Positions 10,207 through 20,261 of a DNA stretch of 64,000 nt are shown one piece after another. The first letter of the stretch is position 1, and each line of letters opens with the position of its first letter. The stretch is from NCBI GenBank assembly GCA_965218095.1, contig OZ244587.1:2304001-2368000 (forward strand), in the 5' to 3' direction. The position numbers and the translations under genes are program-made. Source of the DNA: Candidatus Poribacteria bacterium. GTDB taxonomy: Bacteria; Poribacteria; WGA-4E; PCPOR2b. The notes beneath the pieces were generated by a model. That model worked only from the letters and a program-made list of their open reading frames with translations. It was not told the origin of the DNA and ran no database searches.

Positions 10207-11432
10207 ATGAAGATTCGTTCAACAATTATATCTTTATCCATTTTCGCCCTCATTATGGCAATGGGGTGTGCCGACAATCCAACAGGTGAGCCTGATGCAG
10301 ACACCACCGAAAGCACTTTCCTCAACGCAGACACCCAGGTTGCGATGGCGCCCCAGCAGCCTGCAGGAGATCAACCCTCTGCACGCTTACTCGCCTTTTT
10401 CCCTGAGTTTTTCCCTGATGGCGTTGAGCATTCAATCCCGTTAGATGAAATCTTTCACGGCGGCCCACGCAAAGATGGGATTCCTGCTTTGACAAATCCG
10501 AAGACAATTCCGGCGGAGGCGGCAGATTATTTGCGCGACATAGATATTGTCCTTGGAATGACCATCAACGGAGAAAGCCGCGCATATCCGCTGCGCATCC
10601 TGAATTGGCACGAGATCACCAACGACACGCTTGGCGGCAGACGGATTGTGGTGACGTTTTGCCCGTTGTGCGGTACGGGTATCGTTTTGATCCGGTTGTC
10701 GATGGTGAAGTAATTGAATTCGGCGTATCTAGCATGCTCCACAACAACGATCTGTTGATGTATGATAGAGGGACGGATACGCCGAGTTTATGGCAGCAGG
10801 CTCTCGGTGAGGCAGTTGTTGGTCCAAAGACAGGGACGTTACTCGATTTACTGCCAGTCACGCAGGCACAATGGGGCGAGTGGAACGCTGGCCATCCAGA
10901 GACAACCGTGCTCAGTACAAAGACCGGTTTCGATCGACGTTACGACGTCAATCCTTATGCGGACTATGAGTCGAACCCGGACCTATTTTTTCCACTTTCT
11001 GGTGAGGAGGATGGGCGACTGAGCCGGAAAACAAAAGTCCTCGGTCTGCGCATAGGTGACACGAACAAGGCTTGTGTTTTGGATCAACTTCGTCAAATGC
11101 AGGTTGTCAATGATGAAGTCACCGGCGTTCCGATTGTCCTGATCGCAAGCTCCGATTCAGATTCAGTCCGTGTTTACGAGCGGAGAAAACACCAATTTGA
11201 TGGCAATCTGGACGGGATTGTGAACATCAATACGAATGGTGTCTGGGAAATTTCGGAGGAGACGCTCTCTAATCCGAAAACTGGTGACTTGCTTGAACGC
11301 ATCCCTCAAGCGTTTGTTTCATTCTGGTTTGCCTGGTTCAGTTTTTACCCGGACACCCTTGTCTTTGAGGGCCCCGCCAATTTTGATCCAGACGAAAGAT
11401 TATTCACAACCTGGGGAGAAATCAAGCGTTAG
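10207..11432 (+). pseudogene. DUF3179-family lipoprotein with a 1-bp frameshift in a T-run near 10686 and a C-terminal TTWGEIK motif
   Basis: AMGC lipobox, GGPRKDGIPAL, RAYPLRILNWHEITND, FCPLCGTG, FGVS, LLMYDRGT, SLWQQ, FWFAW. Confidence 0.85.
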
Positions 11433-11449
11433 CTAACCTCATTTTTCGC

Positions 11450-11478
11450 TTGGCACAAAATGACTTTCATTGTATAAT
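11450..11478 (+). promoter_or_regulatory. Sigma70-like promoter upstream of the YceI-like gene
   Basis: TTGGCA-17 bp-TATAAT. Confidence 0.6.
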
Positions 11479-11589
11479 GCTTGTAATCCAAGCAGGCGGT
11501 CGAGCAAAAGCAACGCGGTGAAGCAAGGAGCTCAAAGCGTTGGAATGAATTCGTCCGTTCCCCAAAATGAAACAACGAAAGGAAAAATC

Positions 11590-12411
11590 ATGAGAAGATT
11601 AGCACGTTATGCCCTGATTTTGGGCATTATCACATTGATGATTTTATTGACAGGGGTTTTCGCCGCTGATAATCCTTGCAACCCGTGCAACCCCTGTGGT
11701 GGCAAAAATCCTTGTAACCCTTGTAATCCCTGCAACCCTTGTGCGGGGATGAAACATTTTACGGTCAATGACCCCAAAGGTAGAGACGTGCTCACCTTCG
11801 AGTCCAAGGCGCCGCTGGAAAAAATCGTTGGCACAAGCAGCAAAATTATGGGCCACGTTCACGTCAATCCCAAGGACGTTACCAAGGGTTTGAAGGCGAT
11901 GTTTGAAGTAGATCTCGCTAGCATGACAACGGGAATTGGTCTTCGCGATCAGCACATGCAGGATAAGTTCCTGGAGACAGGCAAGTATCCTAAAGCAACG
12001 CTCACCATAGACAAGGTAACCTCAGCTTCTCCTAAGATGCTCATGGATATGAAGCCCATCGCAGTAAACGCTGCAGGCACTTTAGATCTACACGGGGTTA
12101 AGAAGAAGGTTCAACTGAAAGATGTGACGGTCACTTACTTTAAGGAAAGTGAAGCCACCCAGGGTAAGATGCCGGGGGATCTCCTAATAATCAACGGTGG
12201 CTTTTCACTGAAGCTCCCCGATTACAATATCAAAGTTCCCCAGGTGATCGTTCTCAAGTTGGACGAGACGATCAAGGTAAGCGTGGATTTGACCAGTTCA
12301 ACTGCGGCAGGGGGTGCGAGTCCGTGTAATCCGTGCAATCCCTGTAACCCTTGCGCTGGGAAAAACCCCTGCAACCCGTGCAATCCATGCAACCCTTGCA
12401 GTGGGAAGTAG
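11590..12411 (+). CDS. Secreted YceI-family protein with N- and C-terminal (NPC)n cysteine arrays
   Basis: Signal peptide; YceI motifs [34 protein letters not shown]; 7 N-terminal and 8 C-terminal Cys in NPC/SPC triplets. Confidence 0.85.
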   Translation: MRRLARYALILGIITLMILLTGVFAADNPCNPCNPCGGKNPCNPCNPCNPCAGMKHFTVNDPKGRDVLTFESKAPLEKIVGTSSKIMGHVHVNPKDVTKGLKAMFEVDLASMTTGIGLRDQHMQDKFLETGKYPKATLTIDKVTSASPKMLMDMKPIAVNAAGTLDLHGVKKKVQLKDVTVTYFKESEATQGKMPGDLLIINGGFSLKLPDYNIKVPQVIVLKLDETIKVSVDLTSSTAAGGASPCNPCNPCNPCAGKNPCNPCNPCNPCSGK

Positions 12412-12492
12412 CAGAAAACGTAGCAGCATTTGATTATGTCTTACGCTTTATGGACTTGTTGAGGTCTCTAACCTTCGCTGCGGTTTGGTACG

Positions 12493-13263
12493 ATGAAAAG
12501 ACTGGAAAAGACCTGGTATTTGAAGCGTTTTAACCTTTTTAAGAGTTTGACCGATAGAGAAATCGGCGTTGTGGATCGCATTTCATACATGAAAGGCTAT
12601 AGCCGCCGTGAACAAATATACGGCCAAAGCGATCCGGGGGATGTGGTCTACCTGCTCAAAGAGGGGCGGGTCAAGATTTACAAGCTTTCGCCTGACGGAA
12701 AGGAGTTGACACTGGCAGTTCTTGAATCCGGCGAAATCTTCGGTGAGATGGCGTTGATTGACGAAGGACCCCGTGACACAATTGCAGAGACACTGGAAGA
12801 GTCACTTGTCTGTGTCATACGCCGTCGAGATTTTGAACTCCTGTTGAAAAAGAAGCCGGATTTGGCGATGCACGTCACCAAGCTCATCGGGCTGCGAAGG
12901 CGAAAGATCGAAAACCAACTCGAAAACTTAGTGTTCCGGAATGCCCCCTCCCGGCTCGCCATCCTGCTGATGTCCTTAGCAGACAAGCACGGGGTTCGTG
13001 ATAGTCGCGGAATCATCCTGAATGTGAAACTCTCGCAACAGGAATTGGCAAATTTAATCGGAACAGCGCGTGAAACGACGAGCGCGCTTCTCAATGAATT
13101 CAAACGGCTTGGTATGATAGACATCCAAAGCCGTCGGATCAAGATTCTCGATCAGTGGCGCCTCAAAAAAATTGCAGATGCAAAGATAAGAGCGTTTCCA
13201 ATCGAGACCGAAACCGAAAGTGAGATCGAATCTGCCGTTTCGACGCATTCAACAAATCCCTAA
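12493..13263 (+). CDS. Crp/Fnr family transcriptional regulator
   Basis: cNMP-binding fold (GRVKI, GEIFGEMAL..R) and HTH LSQQELANLIGTARETTS. Confidence 0.95.
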   Translation: MKRLEKTWYLKRFNLFKSLTDREIGVVDRISYMKGYSRREQIYGQSDPGDVVYLLKEGRVKIYKLSPDGKELTLAVLESGEIFGEMALIDEGPRDTIAETLEESLVCVIRRRDFELLLKKKPDLAMHVTKLIGLRRRKIENQLENLVFRNAPSRLAILLMSLADKHGVRDSRGIILNVKLSQQELANLIGTARETTSALLNEFKRLGMIDIQSRRIKILDQWRLKKIADAKIRAFPIETETESEIESAVSTHSTNP

Positions 13264-13376
13264 GGAATAGCAACTAAGTTAGTCATTTGATGAGTTGGCT
13301 TTCGACCCCATCTAACTCCCCTCCGGTAAATCGAGAGTCCAAGACCTTCGCAAGTCCTTGAATCCTGCGCAGCGGG

Positions 13377-13620
13377 GGCAGGAGAACTATTCCTCCTCTC
13401 GATCAGCATTGACCCGGCTGCAAATGAGGGTTACTATCTGCATTACCAGCTAGCCGGTACATATTCTCTCAAAGATGAAAGGACATTAGCTATTGAATCA
13501 CTTCAGAAGGCGATTACTCTGAATATGGAAACCATAAAATGGGCAAAAACGGACAAACAAGGATTTTGACAATATCCGTAAGAGTCCAGAGTTTCAGCAG
13601 CTTATCAACTCAGTTGAGTA
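13377..13620 (+). pseudogene. TPR protein C-terminal fragment
   Basis: Manual translation HYQLAGTYSL..AIESLQKAITLN..WAKTDK/DFDNIRKSPEFQQLI with a frameshift and no start. Confidence 0.5.
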
Positions 13621-13791
13621 GGTATTAGCAACAGCACAAAGCCGCTTGAGCATTGACGTTTCACCCACGCCCACTATTTTTGACGCTTATCAAAGAACCG
13701 ATAAGGCTAGTTATCGGCAGTTAGAAATTCCCCATGAGAACCTTCGGAAGGTTCGGCAGCGGATTTGACCGCAAATTTAATTGCCTGCCAA

Positions 13792-14637
13792 TTAAACCCG
13801 CACAAACTTCTGGAATCGCTTTTCGGAAATGACCTCGCTGACATAGATATCGCCATGGGAATCGATCCAGATACCGTGCGGCGAATCGCTAAACTGTCCT
13901 GGCTCAGTGCCTTTCTCGCCCCAACGTGTGATCAGCTCCCCTTCAAGCGTCATAACCGTGATGCGCTGTCCACCCTCGGCGATATGGATGACATCGTCCG
14001 GATCGATGAACAGATCATTGGGCGAACGGAGATCCCCCCATTCTGTGAGATATTCTCCGTTTGAGTTGAAGATTTGACAGCGGAGGTTTCCACGGTCTAA
14101 AATGTAGACCCGATCGTTTTTGTCCACCGTGACATCATGGGGCAGATTAAACTCGCCAGGACCTGACCCCGGCGTGCCCCAGGATACAATCACTTCGCCA
14201 TCGGGCATCAAGCGATGGACGCGCGACTGGCCATAGCCATCAGAAACATAGATCTCACCTGATTGGGATAGGATGGCGCGGGTTGGTCGATTAAATGGCT
14301 GTCCTGGTGGTCCCGGTCGATCAGTTATCCCCCACGTCTGCAGAAGTTCTCCAGAAAGCGAGAATTTCCGAACGGTGTGATCTGCGGTATCTGTTGTGTA
14401 GATTTCATCGTCTGGACTGATCCAAACGCCGTGCGGTTTTTTGAAAAGGGCCTCTCCCCAGGCCCCGAGGAATTCGCCATCTCGTTCAAAAACAAGCATG
14501 GCGGGTTGAGGCTGCCGATTGAACACATAAACGCGATCTTCAGAGTCGCAAGCGACACCAGAAGCAAGCCCTAACTGCGGTATCTGTCCCCAGTCTTCTA
14601 CAACTTCGTATCGATAATCGCCACTACCATAAATCAT
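13792..14637 (-). CDS. NHL-repeat beta-propeller protein (PAL-like)
   Basis: Repeats PHG.., YVSDGY, GSGPGEFNLPH, PGQF..PHG. Confidence 0.85.
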   Translation of the reverse strand: MIYGSGDYRYEVVEDWGQIPQLGLASGVACDSEDRVYVFNRQPQPAMLVFERDGEFLGAWGEALFKKPHGVWISPDDEIYTTDTADHTVRKFSLSGELLQTWGITDRPGPPGQPFNRPTRAILSQSGEIYVSDGYGQSRVHRLMPDGEVIVSWGTPGSGPGEFNLPHDVTVDKNDRVYILDRGNLRCQIFNSNGEYLTEWGDLRSPNDLFIDPDDVIHIAEGGQRITVMTLEGELITRWGEKGTEPGQFSDSPHGIWIDSHGDIYVSEVISEKRFQKFVRV

Positions 14638-14720
14638 GGTGATTGTTCCTCCTCATCTATTTTTTACTACACTGCCCGCATAAACATCCGGGCGACCTCA
14701 TGAATGGAGCGAAATAGTTA

Positions 14721-14867
14721 TACGAGTTTTTCACTTATACCTGTTTGGATTTGAAATGATGGATTGAGATGCTGAAACGGAAGAAAGGAAGGAGGGAGGA
14801 AAAGGTGATTCTTCCCTTTCTTCCATCCTTCCTTTCCTTCCAACCCGCCCTAACTGAAAGAGTCGTA
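14721..14867. mobile_element. MITE-like element, family A
   Basis: Imperfect TIRs TACGAGTTTTTCACTTA / TAACTGAAAGAGTCGTA, flanking direct repeat ATAGTTA, same ends at 25081-25151. Confidence 0.7.
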
Positions 14868-14973
14868 ATAGTTAAGCACTTCTGCTACCCTATACGGAGT
14901 TACGAAATGAACCACTGACTGACGCAAGCCGTGTCACCCACGATTCGTCGATTCGCCGATCTGTTGACTTACC

Positions 14974-15861
14974 CTACTCCTCCCGAAAGAGCCCCAGCAA
15001 TTTCAACTGCACAACTGAAACCACAGCGATGATGAAGAAGAGCACCCAACCGATTGCTGCAGCATAGCCTAGCCGCATAAACTGAAACCCGTTTTTATAG
15101 AGGTACATCACGATCGTTGATCCGGCATCTGCAGGTTCACCGCCGCCGGTTAAGATAAACGGCAAGTCGAAGAGTTGCAGGGACCCGATCATCGACACGA
15201 CGACCACGAACGCGATAACAGGACGCAACGACGGTAGGGTGACGTGGATAAACGTCTGCCACCAGTTTGCCCCATCAACGGCAGCGGCTTCGTAGAGTTC
15301 TTGTCGGACGCCCTGTAATCCCGCCAGAAAATAGATCATGTTAAACCCTGTCCACTGCCAAACACTTGTCAAGATGACTGCTGGCATCACGTGCTTTTCT
15401 TCGCTCAACCATCCAATCTCTTTGCCAAACAGAACGAACTCGTTGTTTACCAGACCAGATCGCTGGTCGTAGATCAGGTTAAAGATAATCGCAACAAAAA
15501 CACCCGCGACTAACACAGGCGTGAAGAAGGCGAGGCGGAGAAAGTGCTTCCCCTTCACAAATCTCGAATTGAGCAAAATCGCCAGCAGCAAGGCTAACGG
15601 CAATTGAATCGTCAGTGTGCCAAGCGCAAAGTAACAGGTATTCCAGAGCGACTTCCAGAAAATCGGATCATGAAACGCATCCCCAAAATTACCCAGGCCA
15701 ACGAAGATCCGGCTTTGGAGCCCCCGCATCTCGTACAGACTCATGACCAGTGACGATATGAGCGGATACCCCATGAACAGGACAAAGAGAATATAGAAGG
15801 GGGCAATGAAAATATAAGGGGCAATCTTCTGTTGACGATACCATAAATTACGTGAGTTCAT
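14974..15861 (-). CDS. Carbohydrate ABC transporter permease
   Basis: FVGLGNF, EAA loop ELYEAAAVDGA, HVTLP, GYAAA. Confidence 0.95.
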   Translation of the reverse strand: MNSRNLWYRQQKIAPYIFIAPFYILFVLFMGYPLISSLVMSLYEMRGLQSRIFVGLGNFGDAFHDPIFWKSLWNTCYFALGTLTIQLPLALLLAILLNSRFVKGKHFLRLAFFTPVLVAGVFVAIIFNLIYDQRSGLVNNEFVLFGKEIGWLSEEKHVMPAVILTSVWQWTGFNMIYFLAGLQGVRQELYEAAAVDGANWWQTFIHVTLPSLRPVIAFVVVVSMIGSLQLFDLPFILTGGGEPADAGSTIVMYLYKNGFQFMRLGYAAAIGWVLFFIIAVVSVVQLKLLGLFREE

Positions 15862-16069
15862 GATTATCCCTCATTGTAGAGCGAGTAGTGCTCGTCCGAG
15901 AATCGAGGCTCAACCTGCTCATCCAGAAAACAGGTGATTCGAGCAAGTTCAGAGCATGTTCGACGAAACAACTTGTCAGCATGTTCCACTTTATCTATCA
16001 CCCCACGACCAATGTGCAGGGCGTAATATGTCAGTCACCTTTCACGCTTCACGCTTCACGTTTCATGCC

Positions 16070-17425
16070 TCACATCTCTCCCCATCGTTGTTGACCTTTA
16101 CGCATCAGCGAACGAACTTTCTCTGCGACCGCCTTCAACGCCACTTCCGCTGTCTGCTTCTGCGTGACGACAGCGAAGATCGCATCGTTCAACAGATCTT
16201 CGGCTTCTGACCAGTATGGATTCTGGTGGTGCGGAGGAATATTCACCGCAAGTTTTGTGAACAGTTTGCCGAGCTGCTGTCCACCGAGATACGGGTCTGG
16301 CTCACTAAAAATCGGCGCGTCTCACGCCGCCTTGAGAGGAGGGATAATCCGCGTCTTCTCGTAACGGTTGACTAAGCCTTGTTGATCAAAATAGGTGAAC
16401 TTCAAGAATTCCCACGCAAGCTCTGGGTTACTGCACTGCCGGGTGATGCCGATCATCGTGCCACCGCGAGTTGTTGTACGTCGTCCGCCGACCTCCCACG
16501 CCGGCAAGCCGATTGCTCGCCACCTACCGACCATTTGTGGTGCCTGGCTTTTCAGGATGCCAACGTACCAATCAGGCGCCATAATTGAGAGGATTTGCCC
16601 CTCTTGCATGGCGGCAAAGTTGCTTGGATCCCCGTGCCATGTGCCAAAAACAGGCGTCGCGATCCGGTATTTGTTGAACATATCGGTGAAGAACTCCAGG
16701 GTGTCGATTGCCAGTTTACTGTCTATAATCACGTTGCCAGCCGGATCAAAGAATCCTCCACCACGTTGCAGCAAAAGGTTAAAATAATCACTCAATGACC
16801 GCCGATCCAGTACAATTGCGTATTGATCGATGTCCCCATCGCTATCCAGATCGCGGGTCGCTTTCTGCCCGGCTTCGATAAAATCCACCCACGTTTCCAC
16901 CTGTGTCAGGTCTACACCTGCCGATTTGAAGAGATCATCGCGGTAAAGCAGAACGACGGGATGCAGGTCGTGAGGTATCCCGTAAATCCGTCCACGATAC
17001 GACCAGGGCGTGAATCGGCTGACGACCAGCTTTTCCATCCAACCTTCACTTTCGAGACGTTGACGCAGATCGATAAAACCGACCTCATTGATTGCGCCCT
17101 TGAGAAAACGTCCAATCGATGCGATTTCGACTTCAACGAGATCTGGTGCGCCAAAATTAGATAGCAAGGCCGTCAGGAGCTTATCGTGCATTGACCCACC
17201 GAAATTGGTCAGCCGGACCTGAACGCCGGGGTGCTCTGCCTGGAAGAGCGGCACGCGTGTCTGATACTCCTCGTAGTGGGTGCTGGCAAAAACCCAAAAT
17301 TCGAGTTTCTCACTCTGCTCGGACGATCTTGCTAAGATCAGAATTGTGGAAAGCAGGAACAAGATCAACATGACCATTGGTCCTTTGCCAAGTGGAAAAC
17401 TCTCAAAATCGCTAGCTTGGAACAT
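16070..17425 (-). pseudogene. Sugar ABC transporter substrate-binding protein with an in-frame TGA at 16322-16324
   Basis: GAPDL, GRIYGIP, LYRDDLF, GGT; the frame continues past the stop (DAPIFSEPDPYLGGQ..) to TGA at 16070. Confidence 0.8.
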
Positions 17426-17503
17426 AACACCCTCTTAGATTTCAGTTCGCAGCGGGCAACGTGTGGGTTTTTGATAACACGCCTGGATTTGGGGGAAATG
17501 TGC

Positions 17504-17532
17504 TTGACATGCAATCTATCAGTCGTTAAAAT
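17504..17532 (+). promoter_or_regulatory. Sigma70 promoter upstream of the FmdB-like gene
   Basis: TTGACA-17 bp-TAAAAT. Confidence 0.7.
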
Positions 17533-17598
17533 ATATCAGATTTCGACATTTTTCGCAATGTTTGTTGCAAAATAACCGACAGGAGGAATCTCAGTTAT

Positions 17599-17901
17599 AT
17601 GCCGACATACGAGTATAAATGTCTGGATTGTGGCGTCCAATTTGATCGGTTTCAAAGCATCACCGAAGATCCAATCCATGAATGTCCAGAATGCTCAGGT
17701 CAGGTTAAGCGACTCATTGGCGCTGGAGCAGGGTTAATCTTTAAGGGGTCAGGTTTCTACATTACAGACTATCGCAGCGAAGGTTACAAGGAGAGCGCGA
17801 AAAAAGACAAGGAATCACCGTCGGGTAGCAGCAAGGACAGCAAAAGCGGAGATAGCAAAAGCAGTGACACTTCCAAAGCCACTTCAGATTCAGACGTTTA
17901 A
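17599..17901 (+). CDS. FmdB-family zinc-ribbon protein
   Basis: MPTYEYKCLDC..CPEC..IFKGSGFYITDY with Ser/Lys-rich tail; aggagg RBS. Confidence 0.92.
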   Translation: MPTYEYKCLDCGVQFDRFQSITEDPIHECPECSGQVKRLIGAGAGLIFKGSGFYITDYRSEGYKESAKKDKESPSGSSKDSKSGDSKSSDTSKATSDSDV

Positions 17902-17995
17902 GTATACAAAGCATCCTGGATGTGATTTCCAAATATTTGACCCGACATCCTTTTTCAAAATCATCAACTTAGTCTGGAGGTAACATCACGACCAA

Positions 17996-18625
17996 TGACA
18001 AGCCCAATGCACAGATTCAAGAACAGTTAGATGCCTTGTATCAAGAATTTGCCCAGCAGCTTCCTGATAAAATCTGCGAAATCGAAACTATCTGGGAGGG
18101 GCTCCACCACGGCCAATGGGATAATGAGGTTGCCAAAATCCTGCTTCGCCTGACCCATGGGCTGACTGGCTCCGGTGCGTCCTTTGGTTTTACTGTTGTC
18201 AGCGATGCGATGCGTATGCTTGAAAGTGAGCTCGTTTCCATCATTGAAAGCGCTATTCCATCGACAGACGCACAGCGAACCCAAATCAACCGAGACCTTA
18301 ATGCGTTGGAACCGGCAAAGGAAGCGGTCAACCAGACCCATCCGGCAGCAATTATTATAGACGTTGTATTCCCCGAAGGCAACTGCTGGCACTGAAATTA
18401 TTGCCGAAATCCAGCAATAGCGTGAAACACCGATACCTGTCGTTTTTATGTCTACACGTGGCGATTTGACTGCTCGCTTACACTCGCTTACAGGTGGTTC
18501 GTGCCAGCAGGAACGCTTATTTCACCAAGCCAATTGACATCAGCGGGATGATTGACAAACTCAACACGCTAACAGGACACGAGGAAGCAGATCCGTACCA
18601 CATCCTTATCGTTGATGATGATTCG
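17996..18625 (+). pseudogene. Remnant of an Hpt-receiver signalling protein
   Basis: Hpt THGLTGSGASFGF; receiver IIIDVVFP, PVVFMS, YFTKPI, ILIVDDD; stops, frameshifts and a 10-bp duplication at 18473-18492. Confidence 0.7.
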
Positions 18626-18713
18626 GTATGCGCAATACGAAATACGCAACACGGAAGCTTTGATTCGTTAGACGAATTGTGAACCATCCCAAAATGATAG
18701 TTAAGGAGCAGGT

Positions 18714-19658
18714 ATGAGCCACGCGCATCACCATCGTGTTGGGGAAGAAGATGGACATCACCCTAGCCATCAACAGCACCTTCAGAGCAAATTTCGATTC
18801 GCCATCCTGTTGACGGGTTTGATACTCATTGTGGAGGTGATCGGTGGGATTTTGTCGAATAGTTTGGCGTTGTTGAGTGATGCGGCCCATGTCTTATCCG
18901 ATTCACTATCGCTGATTATGAGTTGGCTGGCGATTTACCTGTCAACGCGCCCGGCAACGAACTTGCGCACCTACGGTTATCACCGGACGGAAGTATTCGC
19001 CGCCTTCGTCAACGGGGTTTCACTGATTGTGATCTCCGGGTGGATTTTTTACGAAGCCTTCCAAAGATTTATTGAGCCTGAACCCGTTAAAAGCAAAGAA
19101 ATGCTTGTCGTTGCTGTCGTCGGGTTCATTGCGAATATGCTCATTGTTTGGCTATTTTACGGGGAGGGACACAAGAGCCTCAATGTACGAAGTGCAGTGC
19201 TCCATGTCATAGGAGATGCCCTCTCTTCCGTCGGCGTCATCATGGGTGGGGTAGTGATATACTGGACTGACTGGTTTGTGGTTGATCCAATCCTCAGTTG
19301 TGGAATTGGTCTGGTCATCCTGATTGGGGCAGGGTGGGTCACGAAAGATTCAGTTCATATTTTATTAGAGGGCTCTCCCAAACACGCAGATGCCCAAAAA
19401 GTGGCAGCGTGCATCTGCGCAATCGATTCGGTCAAAGACGTCCATGACATGCATATCTGGTCTTTGTGTTCCAATTATTCTGCACTAAGCGCCCATGTGC
19501 TGATGGAGGAGAACAGAAGCGAATCGACACACAAGTTGCTGCAACAGATTAACAAAGAGCTACAAACACAATTTGGTATTTTCCATACGACAATTCAACT
19601 TGAGCACGTTGGTTGCCGCCACGAGGGGAACCTGTTGTGTAATGCCCCTCACCATTGA
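18714..19658 (+). CDS. czcD: CDF-family Zn/Co/Cd efflux transporter (CzcD/ZitB-like)
   Basis: His-rich N-terminus, SLALLSDAAHVLSD, TYGYHR, HVIGD, HDMHIW, HTTIQLE. Confidence 0.9.
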   Translation: MSHAHHHRVGEEDGHHPSHQQHLQSKFRFAILLTGLILIVEVIGGILSNSLALLSDAAHVLSDSLSLIMSWLAIYLSTRPATNLRTYGYHRTEVFAAFVNGVSLIVISGWIFYEAFQRFIEPEPVKSKEMLVVAVVGFIANMLIVWLFYGEGHKSLNVRSAVLHVIGDALSSVGVIMGGVVIYWTDWFVVDPILSCGIGLVILIGAGWVTKDSVHILLEGSPKHADAQKVAACICAIDSVKDVHDMHIWSLCSNYSALSAHVLMEENRSESTHKLLQQINKELQTQFGIFHTTIQLEHVGCRHEGNLLCNAPHH

Positions 19659-20261
19659 CTCGTTGGAAACAGCAAAACTCACATCAGTGCCAAAACAAAA
19701 ATCAGTAGATACTAATTAGGGGTCATGGAGCGAGTCATAACGCAACGATGCAGGCAGTAAGCCGCGGTCAACAGCTTAACATCAAGAGGAGTTCATCATC
19801 TTGGAGAGGCAGGTCTATGCGAGGGGGATTGGCAAGACCTGCAGCGAAAGGGCGGTAAAGATCGGACTGCCAGAGTGGCTCACCGTTCCTACCTGGATTC
19901 ATGTCTGCGTAGTTTGCCTCATTGGTAGCGATTTGGGCGTTCACATCGAAAAAATCCAGCACCGCTGGCGCCAAGTTATAACCCAGCGATCGTCGGCCCA
20001 TTGGCCTCACTCGTTGGGGTCGCTCGGCGCTCCGGGTTCATCGAGGCGTCCGGTTTTCTCAAGGATCCTCGCGGCGACAATCTCCTGGCACCATAGACAG
20101 AACCGGTCTTTGTCCCACAGCCGTGCTCCCTTTTCATTAATGTAACTTCCCTCAGCGTTGGCCGTGGGGTCATTCTCACGGACTTGCGTGAACTTAAAGT
20201 TGTCGTGCTTTCCATTCATCAGACACCGGTACTCCGAGTTGAGTCTGAAAGAGCCTGCCGT

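Noticed and set aside
19768-20240. Fragmented ORFs that look like the C-terminus of a larger protein
   Set aside because: Probably a gene remnant, but no family could be assigned with confidence
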